A stretch of DNA of 57,340 bases from a virus (IMGVR_UViG_3300049795_000025:1-57340), one strand, 5' to 3'. Shown: positions 45,901 through 55,230, numbered from the stretch's first letter. Program-made: numbers and translations. Notes: generated by a model from the sequence alone, not told the origin.

Positions 45901-46049
45901 ATAGTACCACCGAACTGAGAGCTCAGATTACTGACCGAATCACCATTCGTCGCCAGATCCCCGTTGTCAGTCTCTCGCCAGTTCGCTAGGACCTGGTGCG
46001 GACCGAGTACAATCGACGCTTCGCCAAGTGCGTCATCAAGGGCTGTCAT
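42924..46049 (-). CDS. Large minor tail protein (hub / central fibre)
   Basis: 1041 aa; LamG-like DGAWHF insert; VRNNVTV, GDPRRKPG. Confidence 0.85.
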   Translation of the reverse strand: MTALDDALGEASIVLGPHQVLANWRETDNGDLATNGDSVSNLSSQFGGTMTVSHSLNDALPDSVTMSSGVDASGILDASLVGREGLTLASSGQRSYDASSTTTGAATTSLTTSFVNTVQRGDFVICAVLINDATATLVQNAIDPKDQWTFQGVISDSPYSLYVYTMRGYYPGRAALSLTSDKSVSYIAITTAFWAINPVSYPLSYRVTNVVVAAEASSVTSHAVTSTLTGKGYQIGIWADASSLGAWTAGAGVTVWGSSTASSMIMMTGTTALRDSGVNTINATQGSATAVAVMAAISIEPYARPRMDARKYFSPFNRDSPVYGFDRDTATVLTNIRILTSAGPVDTQVFYGQMQGIPVSGRSAGLSAVSKTRIRLNRSVSLPVVNGYREGLTLDWLVTWLLARGSQFIGPSPNRYTRYWAPLHGSVHAHLDSPYGYNSVQNYLPPTPPGGPYGTRNPTYVDGPFLLGMFGQQTATRTDRVILNPGTNNLPLLPTQEFPHIVEAGGAFVYDAMSVSNSKGRLSIWIRGDAALSAPSYLTAPDDFLFYASLLCSNNSSGIVGWVKIGIDSANRRANITMGSDAFAYTIVSYAVSGLLPTDGAWHFFGFWWDFAAGTAKVKGPTTEGSSSAWATNGNNSTAGLPLTDDQAVKLGYSTQLYIASQLPLSEVMFDTGIPYAAGLWDDQLTVIAPAQSATMRPLRRSLVGIAESTALNCWDTIADLAKASISAYRVNELDNIEFLPPSYFGETAQMTASAVQDTKKNAGDLDVTIDASKVRNNVTVQFNDSRIDAKPQPMLQYLTSVQLSTGTTVVVFPMDIPCVEVHGSAATGGTDYSILNLTSSQISTPTLPTANHFMTINTATDGTGTVLSAVQVKATIIATDALSITLKFVNMSGSLAYLVNNGNQVPFLQILGYGLRQSDGYTTVSDSSSKLVRGDRSLDTDLYWVQDRSAATDISAQLLGILARPRPELGLKVVGDPRRKPGQLITILDSEGTGAAGTWRILSVTHNVSGAEYTQDLDVVQVLPPAVWDGLDGWDNAVWS

Positions 46050-46990
46050 ATCGGAAGCTCCTGGACCGTCATAGTACAACCCCGCCGCATGCGCGCCTCA
46101 AAGGGCGCAATATCGACAAGTGAAGTAATCTCAATCGCACGGACCCCCGTTCCAGGGGCCCAGTTGTTGAAGGCACTGTCCTGCTCAAGCAGGGGCTCAT
46201 CCAGGTAGATCGAACCACCAGTAGTAATCGTTGATCCAGTCGCCACAGCCAACGGCTTGATGTACGCCGTGCCCGCCGGAGCGGTGCCGGTTACCGACAG
46301 CTTGACATAGCCCGAACTCATAACGATTGCGCCGCCGGTGACGTCTGAGCCGATCTGTACGCCTGCTGAGTCCAGCCATTGGAATATAGCGGCCAACGTA
46401 ATAGACGTATCCACTGTACCATCCGGACGAGCCCAGAAGCTCCAGGCATACGGTAGACCTGCAACAGCCGGATAGCCGAACCAGTTCCGGTATGGAGAGG
46501 TGAACGTCAGGATAGGTGTAGTCGCTGCAGCGACTGTGAACTGCCAACGCAAAGATCTCTGGGTACCAGTGCGATGCGTCAGGTTTCCGGCCGTTGCCGA
46601 GTTACTCAGCAGCGTCCCCATGTTGGCCGCGCCTGTGGATGTCGCAAAGCCAGTCGTGTCATAGAGCGCATTCGTAGCACTTGCCTGGTTCGGCAGCAGC
46701 ATGTTGGGGGTAGATGGGTCGATCAATGCCCAAGGCCCTGCGCCGTTCGTGCCACTCCAGAATGCTTCCAGTAGTGAAAAGTTGTCTACATGCAGCGCGT
46801 TCCAGTTAACGTTGTAGCTCCGCGCTCCGGCCGTCAAGAGCGAGATCGCATGCTGCCCCGAACCAGTGACAAAGTCGAAGGACTGCCGCTGATAAGATCG
46901 CTCCAGGTCTCCACGCGGCCACGGCAACTGAACGACGGCACCTGGCCTGCCAAGGTAAATGCTCGGGACTTGTCGCTCCGCGCGTGCCAT
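46046..46990 (-). CDS. Distal tail protein with carbohydrate-binding insert
   Basis: Follows the tape measure; NMLLPNQ...APAGTAY CBM-like insert. Confidence 0.75.
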   Translation of the reverse strand: MARAERQVPSIYLGRPGAVVQLPWPRGDLERSYQRQSFDFVTGSGQHAISLLTAGARSYNVNWNALHVDNFSLLEAFWSGTNGAGPWALIDPSTPNMLLPNQASATNALYDTTGFATSTGAANMGTLLSNSATAGNLTHRTGTQRSLRWQFTVAAATTPILTFTSPYRNWFGYPAVAGLPYAWSFWARPDGTVDTSITLAAIFQWLDSAGVQIGSDVTGGAIVMSSGYVKLSVTGTAPAGTAYIKPLAVATGSTITTGGSIYLDEPLLEQDSAFNNWAPGTGVRAIEITSLVDIAPFEARMRRGCTMTVQELPI

Positions 46991-49806
46991 CAATTATTCC
47001 TCCCGGAACCTGTCCATGCCTTCTGCCGTGAGCCCTCGGTGTTTGCAGCGGCTACAACCTTGGGATTTCCGGTGATAGCGTCAATCGTAAAGGCAACCAG
47101 CGTGTCTTTGTCGATCTGCAGGTGGTAAGGACCAAAGTTCGGGGTATCGCTCATCTGCGCAACCGCGCTCTTCGCCGCAGGCAGTGCGGAGACTCCGGCT
47201 AGCGCCATACCGCTCACAGTCGGCAAAGAGATGGTGGGATCGATCACAGTTTTCGCAAGCGTCACCGCAGCTTTTGAGACTTCTCCCATCTTCTTCCGGA
47301 TGCCATTGATCAAGCCCTCATCGATATTGACACCGGACTCCACGAAGACCCGTGACGGCGAGAAAATCGACAAAGCGTTGTTAAAAGCATCCCGTACCCG
47401 ATGCCCCAGGTCGCTTACCATCCCTAGCACACGAGAGATCCCAGACTGAATTCCGCGGATCAGTCCGTTAATAACATTGGCCCCAGCGTTATACAGCAGA
47501 CTACCGAGATTTCCAACCGCAGCCTTCAAGCGGCCTGGTAAACCTCGGACAAATCCGATCACACTATTAGCTCCGCCCACAGCGGCGGACCGCATAGACG
47601 AGAATGCCGAACGCATCACTCCGCTGAGCAAGCCGATCAACGAGTTGACTGCATTCCTGATCCTGGTGGGAATTGTCTTAGCGAAGTTAACAATCGTGTT
47701 GGATACGTTTATGCTAATCGTCTTAGCAGCATTCCAGGCATCAATGAAAAACTTGCTAAGAATCCCGGGTAGAGCCGCAATCCCCGCGGCGATCCGCCCT
47801 GGGAGTTTGGTGAAGATACCAACGATCAAACCGGCTGCAAAACCAACCGCAGTAGCGGCGGCCTGCAATGCCGAGATGAACAGGTTCCCCAGCAGCATCG
47901 GTAGAGCCTTCAGCGCCGTTATCAATCGACCAGGAAGCGCTGTAAAGAATGCAATCACAACGCCCAGTCCGGTTACCACTGCGCTCTGTACAACTTTGAA
48001 TGCATTGGTTATCAATGTCACAAACGAAGAGATTGCACTCCCGATCATCGCCGGAATATGCGCCAGCGATTGTGCAAACTGCGTAATCGCAATCACAACC
48101 TTCAAGATGGTTCCATACACCTTGAAGAATGCAACGTCAAACGAAACAATTCCTGAGATAATCGGCGGAATCAACGGCGCGATGACGATCAGAGCCTTGG
48201 AGAGATTCCCGGCCATGATTGTCGCAAGCTGTATCACCGTCGGTAGCAGCTCGATGATGGCCTGAGTAAGTTGTGGAAGGTTCTGGATAATTGCTCCGGC
48301 CACAGCCTGCGCGACCTGAATGATTGCCGGAGCGAGCGGAGCGAACGCCTTAGCTAGCTGAATCCCCGCAGCGGCAGCGATCGGCAGAGCTGACGCAAAC
48401 GCATCGACAACCGGCCCAAGCTGATCGAAAGCTCCCGACAGTCCATTCGCTAGCAGATCGATCAACGGCCCGAGCTCAGCCGAGAGACTTGAGGCGATTA
48501 CAGCAGCCAATTGCGCCAAAAGGGCCAAGAGCTTTGCTGCGGGGGGTAGGAGCGGTGCTACGGCCACCACTAGATCTGCAATCGCCTTCGCCAACGGACC
48601 GAAAGCCGGAGCAAGTGCGTTGACAACCTGTAGCAGCACAGGTCCCACAACGCTGGCAATCTCCTGTAGCGCCGGAGCAAGCGCACCGGCCAGCGCACCA
48701 ACAAGCGTGGTGATAACAGGAGCCAGCTGCTTCGCTATCGCTAGAATTGCACCGAATAGCGCCCGGATAGCCGCAGAGCCCTCAGCAGAGCTTAGGAACG
48801 CCGCGAACTGACCGGTGATCTCCTTCAGTGTGCCGAGGAGTCCTCCGCCAACGTCCTGCGCAGCCTTGATAACACTGAACAAGATCGATCCGACATTCTT
48901 GGCAATATCACCAAGCGTCTTTAGTGTAGACAGTGCAGTATCTATCCAAGCCTGCAGCCGACCATCGGCTGCAATTGCATTCAGCCAGGTACCAAACTTG
49001 TTGGCAACAGTTCCAACAGCAACCGACAAGTTTCCAAGCAAAGGCAGGCCGATCGTTCCCACAGCCCGCAAGCCTGCGAGGATTGGCAATATCGCAGGCG
49101 TTACAGAAGCAACAATCGATCGGAACCGACCAACGGCATGGTTCAAGAAGTCAATGCTATCAGCGCTAAGAACAAAGTTAGCAACCTGTCGCGTAATCTC
49201 GCCGAATTGCTTGGTAAGACCAATCAATCCAGGCGAGAGTGTACCCAAAGCTTTCACAACCCGCGGAAGCTGACCTGCGAGGAATGAACTGCTAAAGAAC
49301 GCATCCTGGATCGACTTCTGCCAGGCCTTAAGCGCGGGGGCCGCATTGTGAACGGAAACAGCAAACTGCTGCGCAGCCGGAGAAAGCTTATCCAAGGCCT
49401 TCTGGAACTTATCCGGATTCTGGGTATCGAACGCAGCTTTTACTGCATCACCTACACCAGAGAATGCAGCCTTAAGAACGCTTACACTCGCGATCACACC
49501 AACGAATAATCCTGGCAATGCCGAGGTCAACGACGCAATCGACACTAGCGAGGGTATCATGCCCAATAGCTGAATACCGAGTGCAGCGGCTTGTACCGCT
49601 GCAGCACCAATACCCGTAGCAATCAGACCGATTCTCGCACCCGAACCAAGCGTACTGAGGGTCTTTCCGAGCTTCTGTAGTCCTTTGTCAGTATCCTTGG
49701 ACTTCTTGTTGATCTTATCCATGTCACGATCGACATCGCGCGGCGCATTGTTGTTGTTGTATTCGAGCTCAATCTTGCCGTGCGCGGTCCCGAGATCATA
49801 TGACAT
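46990..49806 (-). CDS. Tape measure protein
   Basis: 938 aa, Ala/Leu/Gly-rich amphipathic repeats; SPSRVF. Confidence 0.93.
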   Translation of the reverse strand: MSYDLGTAHGKIELEYNNNNAPRDVDRDMDKINKKSKDTDKGLQKLGKTLSTLGSGARIGLIATGIGAAAVQAAALGIQLLGMIPSLVSIASLTSALPGLFVGVIASVSVLKAAFSGVGDAVKAAFDTQNPDKFQKALDKLSPAAQQFAVSVHNAAPALKAWQKSIQDAFFSSSFLAGQLPRVVKALGTLSPGLIGLTKQFGEITRQVANFVLSADSIDFLNHAVGRFRSIVASVTPAILPILAGLRAVGTIGLPLLGNLSVAVGTVANKFGTWLNAIAADGRLQAWIDTALSTLKTLGDIAKNVGSILFSVIKAAQDVGGGLLGTLKEITGQFAAFLSSAEGSAAIRALFGAILAIAKQLAPVITTLVGALAGALAPALQEIASVVGPVLLQVVNALAPAFGPLAKAIADLVVAVAPLLPPAAKLLALLAQLAAVIASSLSAELGPLIDLLANGLSGAFDQLGPVVDAFASALPIAAAAGIQLAKAFAPLAPAIIQVAQAVAGAIIQNLPQLTQAIIELLPTVIQLATIMAGNLSKALIVIAPLIPPIISGIVSFDVAFFKVYGTILKVVIAITQFAQSLAHIPAMIGSAISSFVTLITNAFKVVQSAVVTGLGVVIAFFTALPGRLITALKALPMLLGNLFISALQAAATAVGFAAGLIVGIFTKLPGRIAAGIAALPGILSKFFIDAWNAAKTISINVSNTIVNFAKTIPTRIRNAVNSLIGLLSGVMRSAFSSMRSAAVGGANSVIGFVRGLPGRLKAAVGNLGSLLYNAGANVINGLIRGIQSGISRVLGMVSDLGHRVRDAFNNALSIFSPSRVFVESGVNIDEGLINGIRKKMGEVSKAAVTLAKTVIDPTISLPTVSGMALAGVSALPAAKSAVAQMSDTPNFGPYHLQIDKDTLVAFTIDAITGNPKVVAAANTEGSRQKAWTGSGRNN

Positions 49807-49815
49807 GGACAGACC

Positions 49816-50094
49816 TCACCGTTTCTGGATCTCCGCGTACTTCCGGGTGACCGGGAGCCAGCGCCGGATTACTCGCATTTGTGCCTTCTCCGCGGCCTCG
49901 CGGTTCTTGGCCGAACCGACGGCCTCGCTAATCGCCGCATCAAAGGAGGTGCCCCAGAGAATCACGGCAGAATCGAATGCATATGCAATGAATTCATCAG
50001 TAATCCGAAGAACCTCAGATGGGCGAGTTTGTAAGGCTTTCGACATTGCCCAGCAATTAGCTAATGAGCTGGGATCCTGCACGAAAGGTATCAA
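49816..50094 (-). CDS. Tail assembly chaperone, downstream (frameshifted) frame
   Basis: Overlaps the upstream chaperone in the +1 frame; no obvious SD. Confidence 0.7.
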   Translation of the reverse strand: MIPFVQDPSSLANCWAMSKALQTRPSEVLRITDEFIAYAFDSAVILWGTSFDAAISEAVGSAKNREAAEKAQMRVIRRWLPVTRKYAEIQKR

Positions 50095-50587
50095 ACTTCA
50101 CCAGGCCTTCTGTGGCCTTGTTCAGGATCGCCACCTTGTCACCGAAATCCACCGTGTCAACGTAGATCTTTCCAGGAATACGCTCTTCGCCCGACTCGGG
50201 TATCGGTAGCACTTCAGGCTTAAGCACAACAATAGGCATCAGTTGGTCGACAATTTCGCTGAGCAGATCGATCGTCTCCGTAGGGGGCATCTTGACAGCC
50301 TCCGGCGGAGCACCTTCAGCAGCCTTGACTATCTCAGCGGTCAACCCGGGCAACCTGGTGATCTTGTCGAGAATACCCACTTGCGCAAGCTTCTCGATCG
50401 GCAGTCGCCGCATCCGACAGGTCTGTCCAGAGGGGACGATGAAATCGTACTCATTCGTTCCCCAACTCGACGCGGCGTACCGATCTTCGCTCTGCGGCGA
50501 CGGAACAGATCCTTGCGTGCTATACTGCTGTAGCCGCTGCAACTCCGCCTCGGCAAGCGCGGCCTTCAATTCCTCAACACTCGGCAT
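50057..50587 (-). CDS. Tail assembly chaperone
   Basis: Between major tail and tape measure genes; AAGGAG SD. Confidence 0.8.
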   Translation of the reverse strand: MPSVEELKAALAEAELQRLQQYSTQGSVPSPQSEDRYAASSWGTNEYDFIVPSGQTCRMRRLPIEKLAQVGILDKITRLPGLTAEIVKAAEGAPPEAVKMPPTETIDLLSEIVDQLMPIVVLKPEVLPIPESGEERIPGKIYVDTVDFGDKVAILNKATEGLVKFDTFRAGSQLIS

Positions 50588-50615
50588 CTCGTGCTCCTTG
50601 TTGGTGATTAGTTGA

Positions 50616-50659
50616 GCCGCCCCCGGCGCGCGTGCTCACGGGGGTACACCGGGGGCGGC
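50616..50659 (-). terminator. Hairpin after the major tail gene
   Basis: GCCGCCCCCGG/CCGGGGGCGGC. Confidence 0.6.
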
Positions 50660-50674
50660 AACTAGATACTACGG

Positions 50675-51217
50675 TCAGACGATCACCGCAGCGGTCTCGT
50701 TGGCAACCATGGCCCAGACCTTGCCGACGTCGGCCACGGTCAGAGTCGCGATGGCATTGCCCTCGGCGTGCGAGATCCAGAATTCCTGGTCCTGGTGCGT
50801 ACCAGAGATCTGCGTGGCTTTGCAGCGGAAGAACACCAGGTGGTGGTCTCCGGCTGACTCCGACATAGCCTGCCCCTCCATAAAGAAGTCGGGGTATGCG
50901 TCGGTACCGAGACGCGTCCAGGACTTCTTGACGTTGGGGGTCGTACCGGTAGAGGTGATGGCGCCACCGGCGATCACTACATAGGCCTCGAAGCTGATAC
51001 CACCCTGTTCGGTCGTCCAGCTAACGGTATCGATCGTTACACGCTGCGCCACCACGACATCGTCACCGCGAAGAACCTGGCTTGAGGTCTCCTCGGTGAA
51101 TTCCAGGGTCTGCGCATTGGGGAGGTCCACTAGCGTGCCCTTGACGCCTGCGGCATCGAGCGTGGCAATCTTGATGTCCCGGAGACCATACGGCAGCCGG
51201 GTGATGGAGAGAGCCAT
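50675..51217 (-). CDS. Major tail protein
   Basis: LPYGLRD, LRGDD; position before the chaperones. Confidence 0.85.
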   Translation of the reverse strand: MALSITRLPYGLRDIKIATLDAAGVKGTLVDLPNAQTLEFTEETSSQVLRGDDVVVAQRVTIDTVSWTTEQGGISFEAYVVIAGGAITSTGTTPNVKKSWTRLGTDAYPDFFMEGQAMSESAGDHHLVFFRCKATQISGTHQDQEFWISHAEGNAIATLTVADVGKVWAMVANETAAVIV

Positions 51218-51220
51218 GCC

Positions 51221-51406
51221 TCATTCCTCTCTGCTCTCAATGGCTCGGTACCGTGTGGTTCCGAGATACTCGCCAGTATTCACATCAAATCGATGCAACA
51301 CCAACACCCCACGCTCAGCCCCGCAGCGCGAGCTCCTACATTTGAACTCCAGTTCGGCCCCGATCAATTCGCCGAACTTGTTACCGGCCGGACAGCGGAG
51401 CTCTAC
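51221..51406 (-). CDS. Small zinc-ribbon (Com-like) protein, start codon unresolved
   Basis: ELRCPAGNKFG...EFKCRSSRCG fills the gap exactly. Confidence 0.55.
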   Translation of the reverse strand, partial: VELRCPAGNKFGELIGAELEFKCRSSRCGAERGVLVLHRFDVNTGEYLGTTRYRAIESREE

Positions 51407-51699
51407 TGATCGAGCGTGACTCGACTGAATCCCGGTTCGTTCTCCAGCGCCGCGAGCGCTTCCGGCGTGATGTCCTCGACCGGAACCAGCATCCGGCCCT
51501 TGTACGCTCCGCCGAGCCGCTTGGTCCAGACGAGCGGCGTCGGGATGTCGATGCCCCATTGCCCCTCCTTGGCCTGCCGCGGAGTAATCGTATGCGAGGT
51601 CAGGAACTCCGTGCCGTACTGGGAATCACCCGCGTACTCCACATACTCCATATTCGGCTCGGCTTGCTCGGTGCCGTCGACTTCTTTCTGATCCGTCAT
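51403..51699 (-). CDS. Hypothetical virion-module protein
   Basis: 98 aa; GGAG SD; ATGA overlap. Confidence 0.65.
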   Translation of the reverse strand: MTDQKEVDGTEQAEPNMEYVEYAGDSQYGTEFLTSHTITPRQAKEGQWGIDIPTPLVWTKRLGGAYKGRMLVPVEDITPEALAALENEPGFSRVTLDQ

Positions 51700-52106
51700 G
51701 TGTTCACTCCGATCACTTGCCAGCTGCTGAATTTGTAGTTCGTTCCGTACACGTCACTTTCCTGGTCACCCGAGTGATTCAGGTAATCGCACTGCACAAT
51801 CCGGCCATCTGGCCCCGAATGATCAAGTAGATTAGCAAGTACATTGTATATCCCGCTGCCGGAATATGGATTCCCTAGCAGGGCCTCAATACTGTCGTAG
51901 TTCCCGCGTTTGTCATGCACATCCACGCGCAGCTGGTTCAGATAATGTCCCACAGCACTCGACGGCACAGGCGCAATCCAACGAAGAACAACGAACATGG
52001 TCTGTGGGCGATCGATTACAGCCCCGGCTCCGTACCAACGCTCAGCAGGCACCACGGCCGTCAACGCAGGCGTAGCGGTGAGGACCTGATAGATCGTCTT
52101 ACGCAC
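51696..52106 (-). CDS. Tail terminator protein
   Basis: 136 aa; position in the neck module. Confidence 0.65.
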   Translation of the reverse strand: MRKTIYQVLTATPALTAVVPAERWYGAGAVIDRPQTMFVVLRWIAPVPSSAVGHYLNQLRVDVHDKRGNYDSIEALLGNPYSGSGIYNVLANLLDHSGPDGRIVQCDYLNHSGDQESDVYGTNYKFSSWQVIGVNT

Positions 52107-52479
52107 CGCCCACCGACCGATCCAGCCTATCCATCAGCTTGGTAGTGAATGCAATGACCTTAGGACCGTACAACTCAATCGTCGGGTTGATGATCGGTCG
52201 GGCACGCATATTCCTAGTACCGCGTTCCAAATAGATTCCGTAGTCAACAGCATGCGACAGAATAATGGCGAACCGGGTGGCTGCAAGCTTCGCAGCACGC
52301 GCGGCAAGACCATTCCGCGCGTTCGTAGTTCGGTCGGTCCATGGGGCGTTGTGTTTCATGTGCGTCTCGACCTTGCCATCCCAGTATTTGCAGACGCCAA
52401 ATAGAGCACGCTGGATCTTCTGGTCCAAGTGCTTACCGCTCTTGAACTTCGAAGTATCCAGCGTGAACCCGCTAGCCAA
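52099..52479 (-). CDS. HK97 gp10-like neck protein
   Basis: APWTDRT, YGIYLE.GT..M.ARP. Confidence 0.8.
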   Translation of the reverse strand: MASGFTLDTSKFKSGKHLDQKIQRALFGVCKYWDGKVETHMKHNAPWTDRTTNARNGLAARAAKLAATRFAIILSHAVDYGIYLERGTRNMRARPIINPTIELYGPKVIAFTTKLMDRLDRSVGGA

Positions 52480-52840
52480 GGTAGAACACCCAACCTTTGG
52501 TCTCGTACTGTCGATTATGCTGCACATCGGTGATCTGGTATCGCTTACCATCTAACAGAAACTCGTCCCAGCGCTGCATGTCGGCCTGGTAGGTCCCCAT
52601 CAGGACATACTGCGGAATGACACGCTGCCCATCTGCGGTGATCTGCTCGGGCAACGGTCCCTGCTGCGGAATCAATCGCATCCGCTGAAGTCCGCCAACT
52701 GGCGCCGCTGACGTCGTGGTATAGCCGCCAGAGCCGTTCGGAGTCTTCGTTGAGCGGTTGAGCTGGATCTCCAGCGGGTCTGCCTCAATGAAGGCGACTG
52801 TGTTCTGCCGCTGAACGGAGAGCTCGATTGGATTGGTCAT
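52472..52840 (-). CDS. Head-to-tail stopper
   Basis: 122 aa; DGKRYQI; position. Confidence 0.7.
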   Translation of the reverse strand: MTNPIELSVQRQNTVAFIEADPLEIQLNRSTKTPNGSGGYTTTSAAPVGGLQRMRLIPQQGPLPEQITADGQRVIPQYVLMGTYQADMQRWDEFLLDGKRYQITDVQHNRQYETKGWVFYLG

Positions 52841-53148
52841 CGGCGCACAATCCGCCGAATGCGAATGCCAGTTTCCTCGGCCGTGTCCTCTTGCACGTCG
52901 GCACCCAGCTGCTTTGCCATTCGCAGCGCATTCTGGTGCAGATCCGAGAGACTCCGCGAAGAGCCGGACTCTGCCACATTCACCAACGATGCGTACTTGG
53001 CGGCCTTCTGCGTCCAGATCGTCGCAGCTGCAGCCTTGATGGAGATCGAGGCATCGATAATCGTACCAAGCTGCTCATCGGTGTAATTGGTATCATCCAA
53101 CTCGGCAACGAATAGCCGCAGTTCAGCGATCTGATCAGACGTTGCCAT
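52837..53148 (-). CDS. Head-to-tail adaptor
   Basis: 103 aa; YTDEQL, AAA.IW..KAA, ESGSSR. Confidence 0.7.
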   Translation of the reverse strand: MATSDQIAELRLFVAELDDTNYTDEQLGTIIDASISIKAAAATIWTQKAAKYASLVNVAESGSSRSLSDLHQNALRMAKQLGADVQEDTAEETGIRIRRIVRR

Positions 53149-53164
53149 GTCTCCTCCTTGTGAA

Positions 53165-53206
53165 AACGCCAGTCCATTCCCGGAGCGCGAGGAATGGACT
53201 GGCGTT
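53165..53206 (-). terminator. Intrinsic terminator after the capsid operon
   Basis: 16-bp stem AACGCCAGTCCATTCC/GGAATGGACTGGCGTT ending in a T run. Confidence 0.75.
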
Positions 53207-53213
53207 CTCCGGA

Positions 53214-53612
53214 TTACTGCGGCGGCTGCTCGTCGTTGACGTAAAGCGCGTTCGCCTTCGCGGACTTGTCGCCGGTCACCGGCAGTCCGCGACGCTTGAG
53301 CTCAGCATCGAGATCGGCCACCTTCCAAGTCTCGTAGGGCGGCACATCCTCGTCGTCCTCGACCGGTCCACCTTCGGCCTGCTCGATGAGTTCCAGCTCA
53401 CGGAGCAGCTCGGCCTTGCGCTGTGCCAAGGCTTCACCGGTAGCCAGCTGTCGCGTACCCGGGCCGGTGCCGTCACCGGAAAGCAGTGATACATCGCTCT
53501 CCTCACCGAAGGCCGCGTCCACGCGCTCCACGTCCGCGTAACGGCCTCGGTGCAGCAGATACTGCCGCTCCTTGGCCGTGAGCGGCGTTGTGTAGTCGAT
53601 TGCCATACTCAT
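53214..53612 (-). CDS. SAP/HeH-domain protein
   Basis: WKVADLDAELKRRGLPVTGDK; AAGGAGG SD. Confidence 0.7.
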   Translation of the reverse strand: MSMAIDYTTPLTAKERQYLLHRGRYADVERVDAAFGEESDVSLLSGDGTGPGTRQLATGEALAQRKAELLRELELIEQAEGGPVEDDEDVPPYETWKVADLDAELKRRGLPVTGDKSAKANALYVNDEQPPQ

Positions 53613-53628
53613 CTGGTTGCTTACCTCC

Positions 53629-54786
53629 TTACCAGACCATGGACGCGGGCACGGTGTAAGCGCCACCGCTCGCGTCCAGCTTCATGATGGCCGCTGCACC
53701 ACGCTGCCGGACTCCGGCGCCGATCCCGCGGATGAAGTTGCTGTCGATCAGCGGGTAGGCATTGTTGTTGCCGGGCTTGATGACCAGACCCTGCAGCGCC
53801 GGGTTCTCGTCCTCGCGGACACCAATGATGTTCAGCGCCGTATTGTTCCCAGCCGACGCAGCAGCCACCATGTACCCGGTCGGGATCTGATAATCCTGCG
53901 CGATCAGATATGGTCCCCAAGTACCCACGACATCCAGACCGGCGAAGGTATTGGGCGCCATGCCGTTCCCGGCCAGCGTGAAGCCGGGCGGTAGCAGAAG
54001 GGTCTGGTTGGTGGCAGATGACGGGATGAAGTCGTACAGAGACGTCACGGTCGCCGCACCGCCAGAGACAAAGGCGGTGTTCCGGACGTACTTCACAACC
54101 GACGCAGTTGCGTCGGCCGGGTTCATCAGAAAGATGATGTTGAAGCCGTTGGCCTTGGTGAAGCCGTGGTGCTCGATCGTCCCCGCCGTGTCCAACAAGT
54201 CCTGCGGGTCGAAGGCGATCTGCCCCGAGTTGGTACCCGAGCTCAGGTAGTGGTTGTGCGATCCCGGGAACGTCTGCCCCTTGTAGGGCGGGATGTAACT
54301 GCCATCGGCGTTGTAGAGGCAGACCACAGTGAACGGCGAGGTGATGCCGTCGATCGTGGTCGTCCGGTTGACGTTGTTGAAAAGCGACTTCATGACCTGG
54401 TCGAACACCAAAGCGTTCTCGGCCTCCATCGCCACATTCAGCACGGAGTCGAGCTGCGCGGTAGTGGCCTTATTCAGGAAGCGCCAGGTATAGCCCTGCC
54501 GAAGGTCATACCAGTCGAACGGGTACGCCCGAGAGGCAACCGTCGGCACCGGTCGGATCGACTGCGCCACGCCGAATTCGGTGGCCAGCTCGAAGCGCTC
54601 GGTACCCGGATTGGTGATTTCATCGACAATGCCGGTGACTCGCGAAGAAAGCAGATCGATCAGCGGCTGTCGAGCGGCGTTGAAGTCGTCCAAGGCCGCG
54701 GCGTAGTCAGCCCAGACTTGGTTCAGGTCCTGACCATCGCGAGTCTTGGTGAGGATATCCGCTTTGGCGGCGTAGCCCTTTGCCAT
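53629..54786 (-). CDS. Major capsid protein
   Basis: 385 aa after scaffold and decoration genes; strong SD; RQRGAAAIM C-terminus. Confidence 0.88.
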   Translation of the reverse strand: MAKGYAAKADILTKTRDGQDLNQVWADYAAALDDFNAARQPLIDLLSSRVTGIVDEITNPGTERFELATEFGVAQSIRPVPTVASRAYPFDWYDLRQGYTWRFLNKATTAQLDSVLNVAMEAENALVFDQVMKSLFNNVNRTTTIDGITSPFTVVCLYNADGSYIPPYKGQTFPGSHNHYLSSGTNSGQIAFDPQDLLDTAGTIEHHGFTKANGFNIIFLMNPADATASVVKYVRNTAFVSGGAATVTSLYDFIPSSATNQTLLLPPGFTLAGNGMAPNTFAGLDVVGTWGPYLIAQDYQIPTGYMVAAASAGNNTALNIIGVREDENPALQGLVIKPGNNNAYPLIDSNFIRGIGAGVRQRGAAAIMKLDASGGAYTVPASMVW

Positions 54787-54804
54787 CTTTGGTTACCCTC
54801 CTTC

Positions 54805-55191
54805 TCAGGCGACCGGGTTGAGCCGGACAACGAGCCGGTTGACCTCGACCGTGAAGCCGACAGCCTTCCCGGCGGTGGCGGTGACGTCAACCGTCCCGTC
54901 CAGGTGGGCGTACACGATCACGCCCGAGGTGAACGCCGTACCAACCGTGAAGGTCGCCTCGGCGATCTCACCATCCGTCATGACGTCAATCGCCGCACCG
55001 ACAGCCATCGGCTCCGTGGGCACAATCACGCCGCGGATATCCGCCGCGGCGGAGATGCCGGTGCGCACGACTTTGCCAGAAGTATTGATCGTCACGGCGA
55101 AGATCTTGCCGACGTCACTCGACGTGATCGCAGCGTTCAGCCGAGCGCGAAACCCGCCGTCATACGGGTCATACTTGTCGAACCTGGACAT
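54805..55191 (-). CDS. Capsid decoration protein
   Basis: 128 aa between scaffold and capsid; DVMTDGEI. Confidence 0.7.
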   Translation of the reverse strand: MSRFDKYDPYDGGFRARLNAAITSSDVGKIFAVTINTSGKVVRTGISAAADIRGVIVPTEPMAVGAAIDVMTDGEIAEATFTVGTAFTSGVIVYAHLDGTVDVTATAGKAVGFTVEVNRLVVRLNPVA

Positions 55192-55230
55192 GTCACCCCT
55201 TTCAGGTGAGCTTTGCAGAGCGGCTTTGCG

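Noticed and set aside
573-46079. Long N-terminal extensions in the ORF track (portal 2270, polymerase 20487, UDG 22896, nuclease 29293, lysin 42316, tail protein 43018)
   Set aside because: They overlap upstream genes; downstream starts have SD sequences or stop-start coupling.
42350-46990. Diversity-generating retroelement acting on tail genes
   Set aside because: No reverse transcriptase and no template/variable repeat pair seen.
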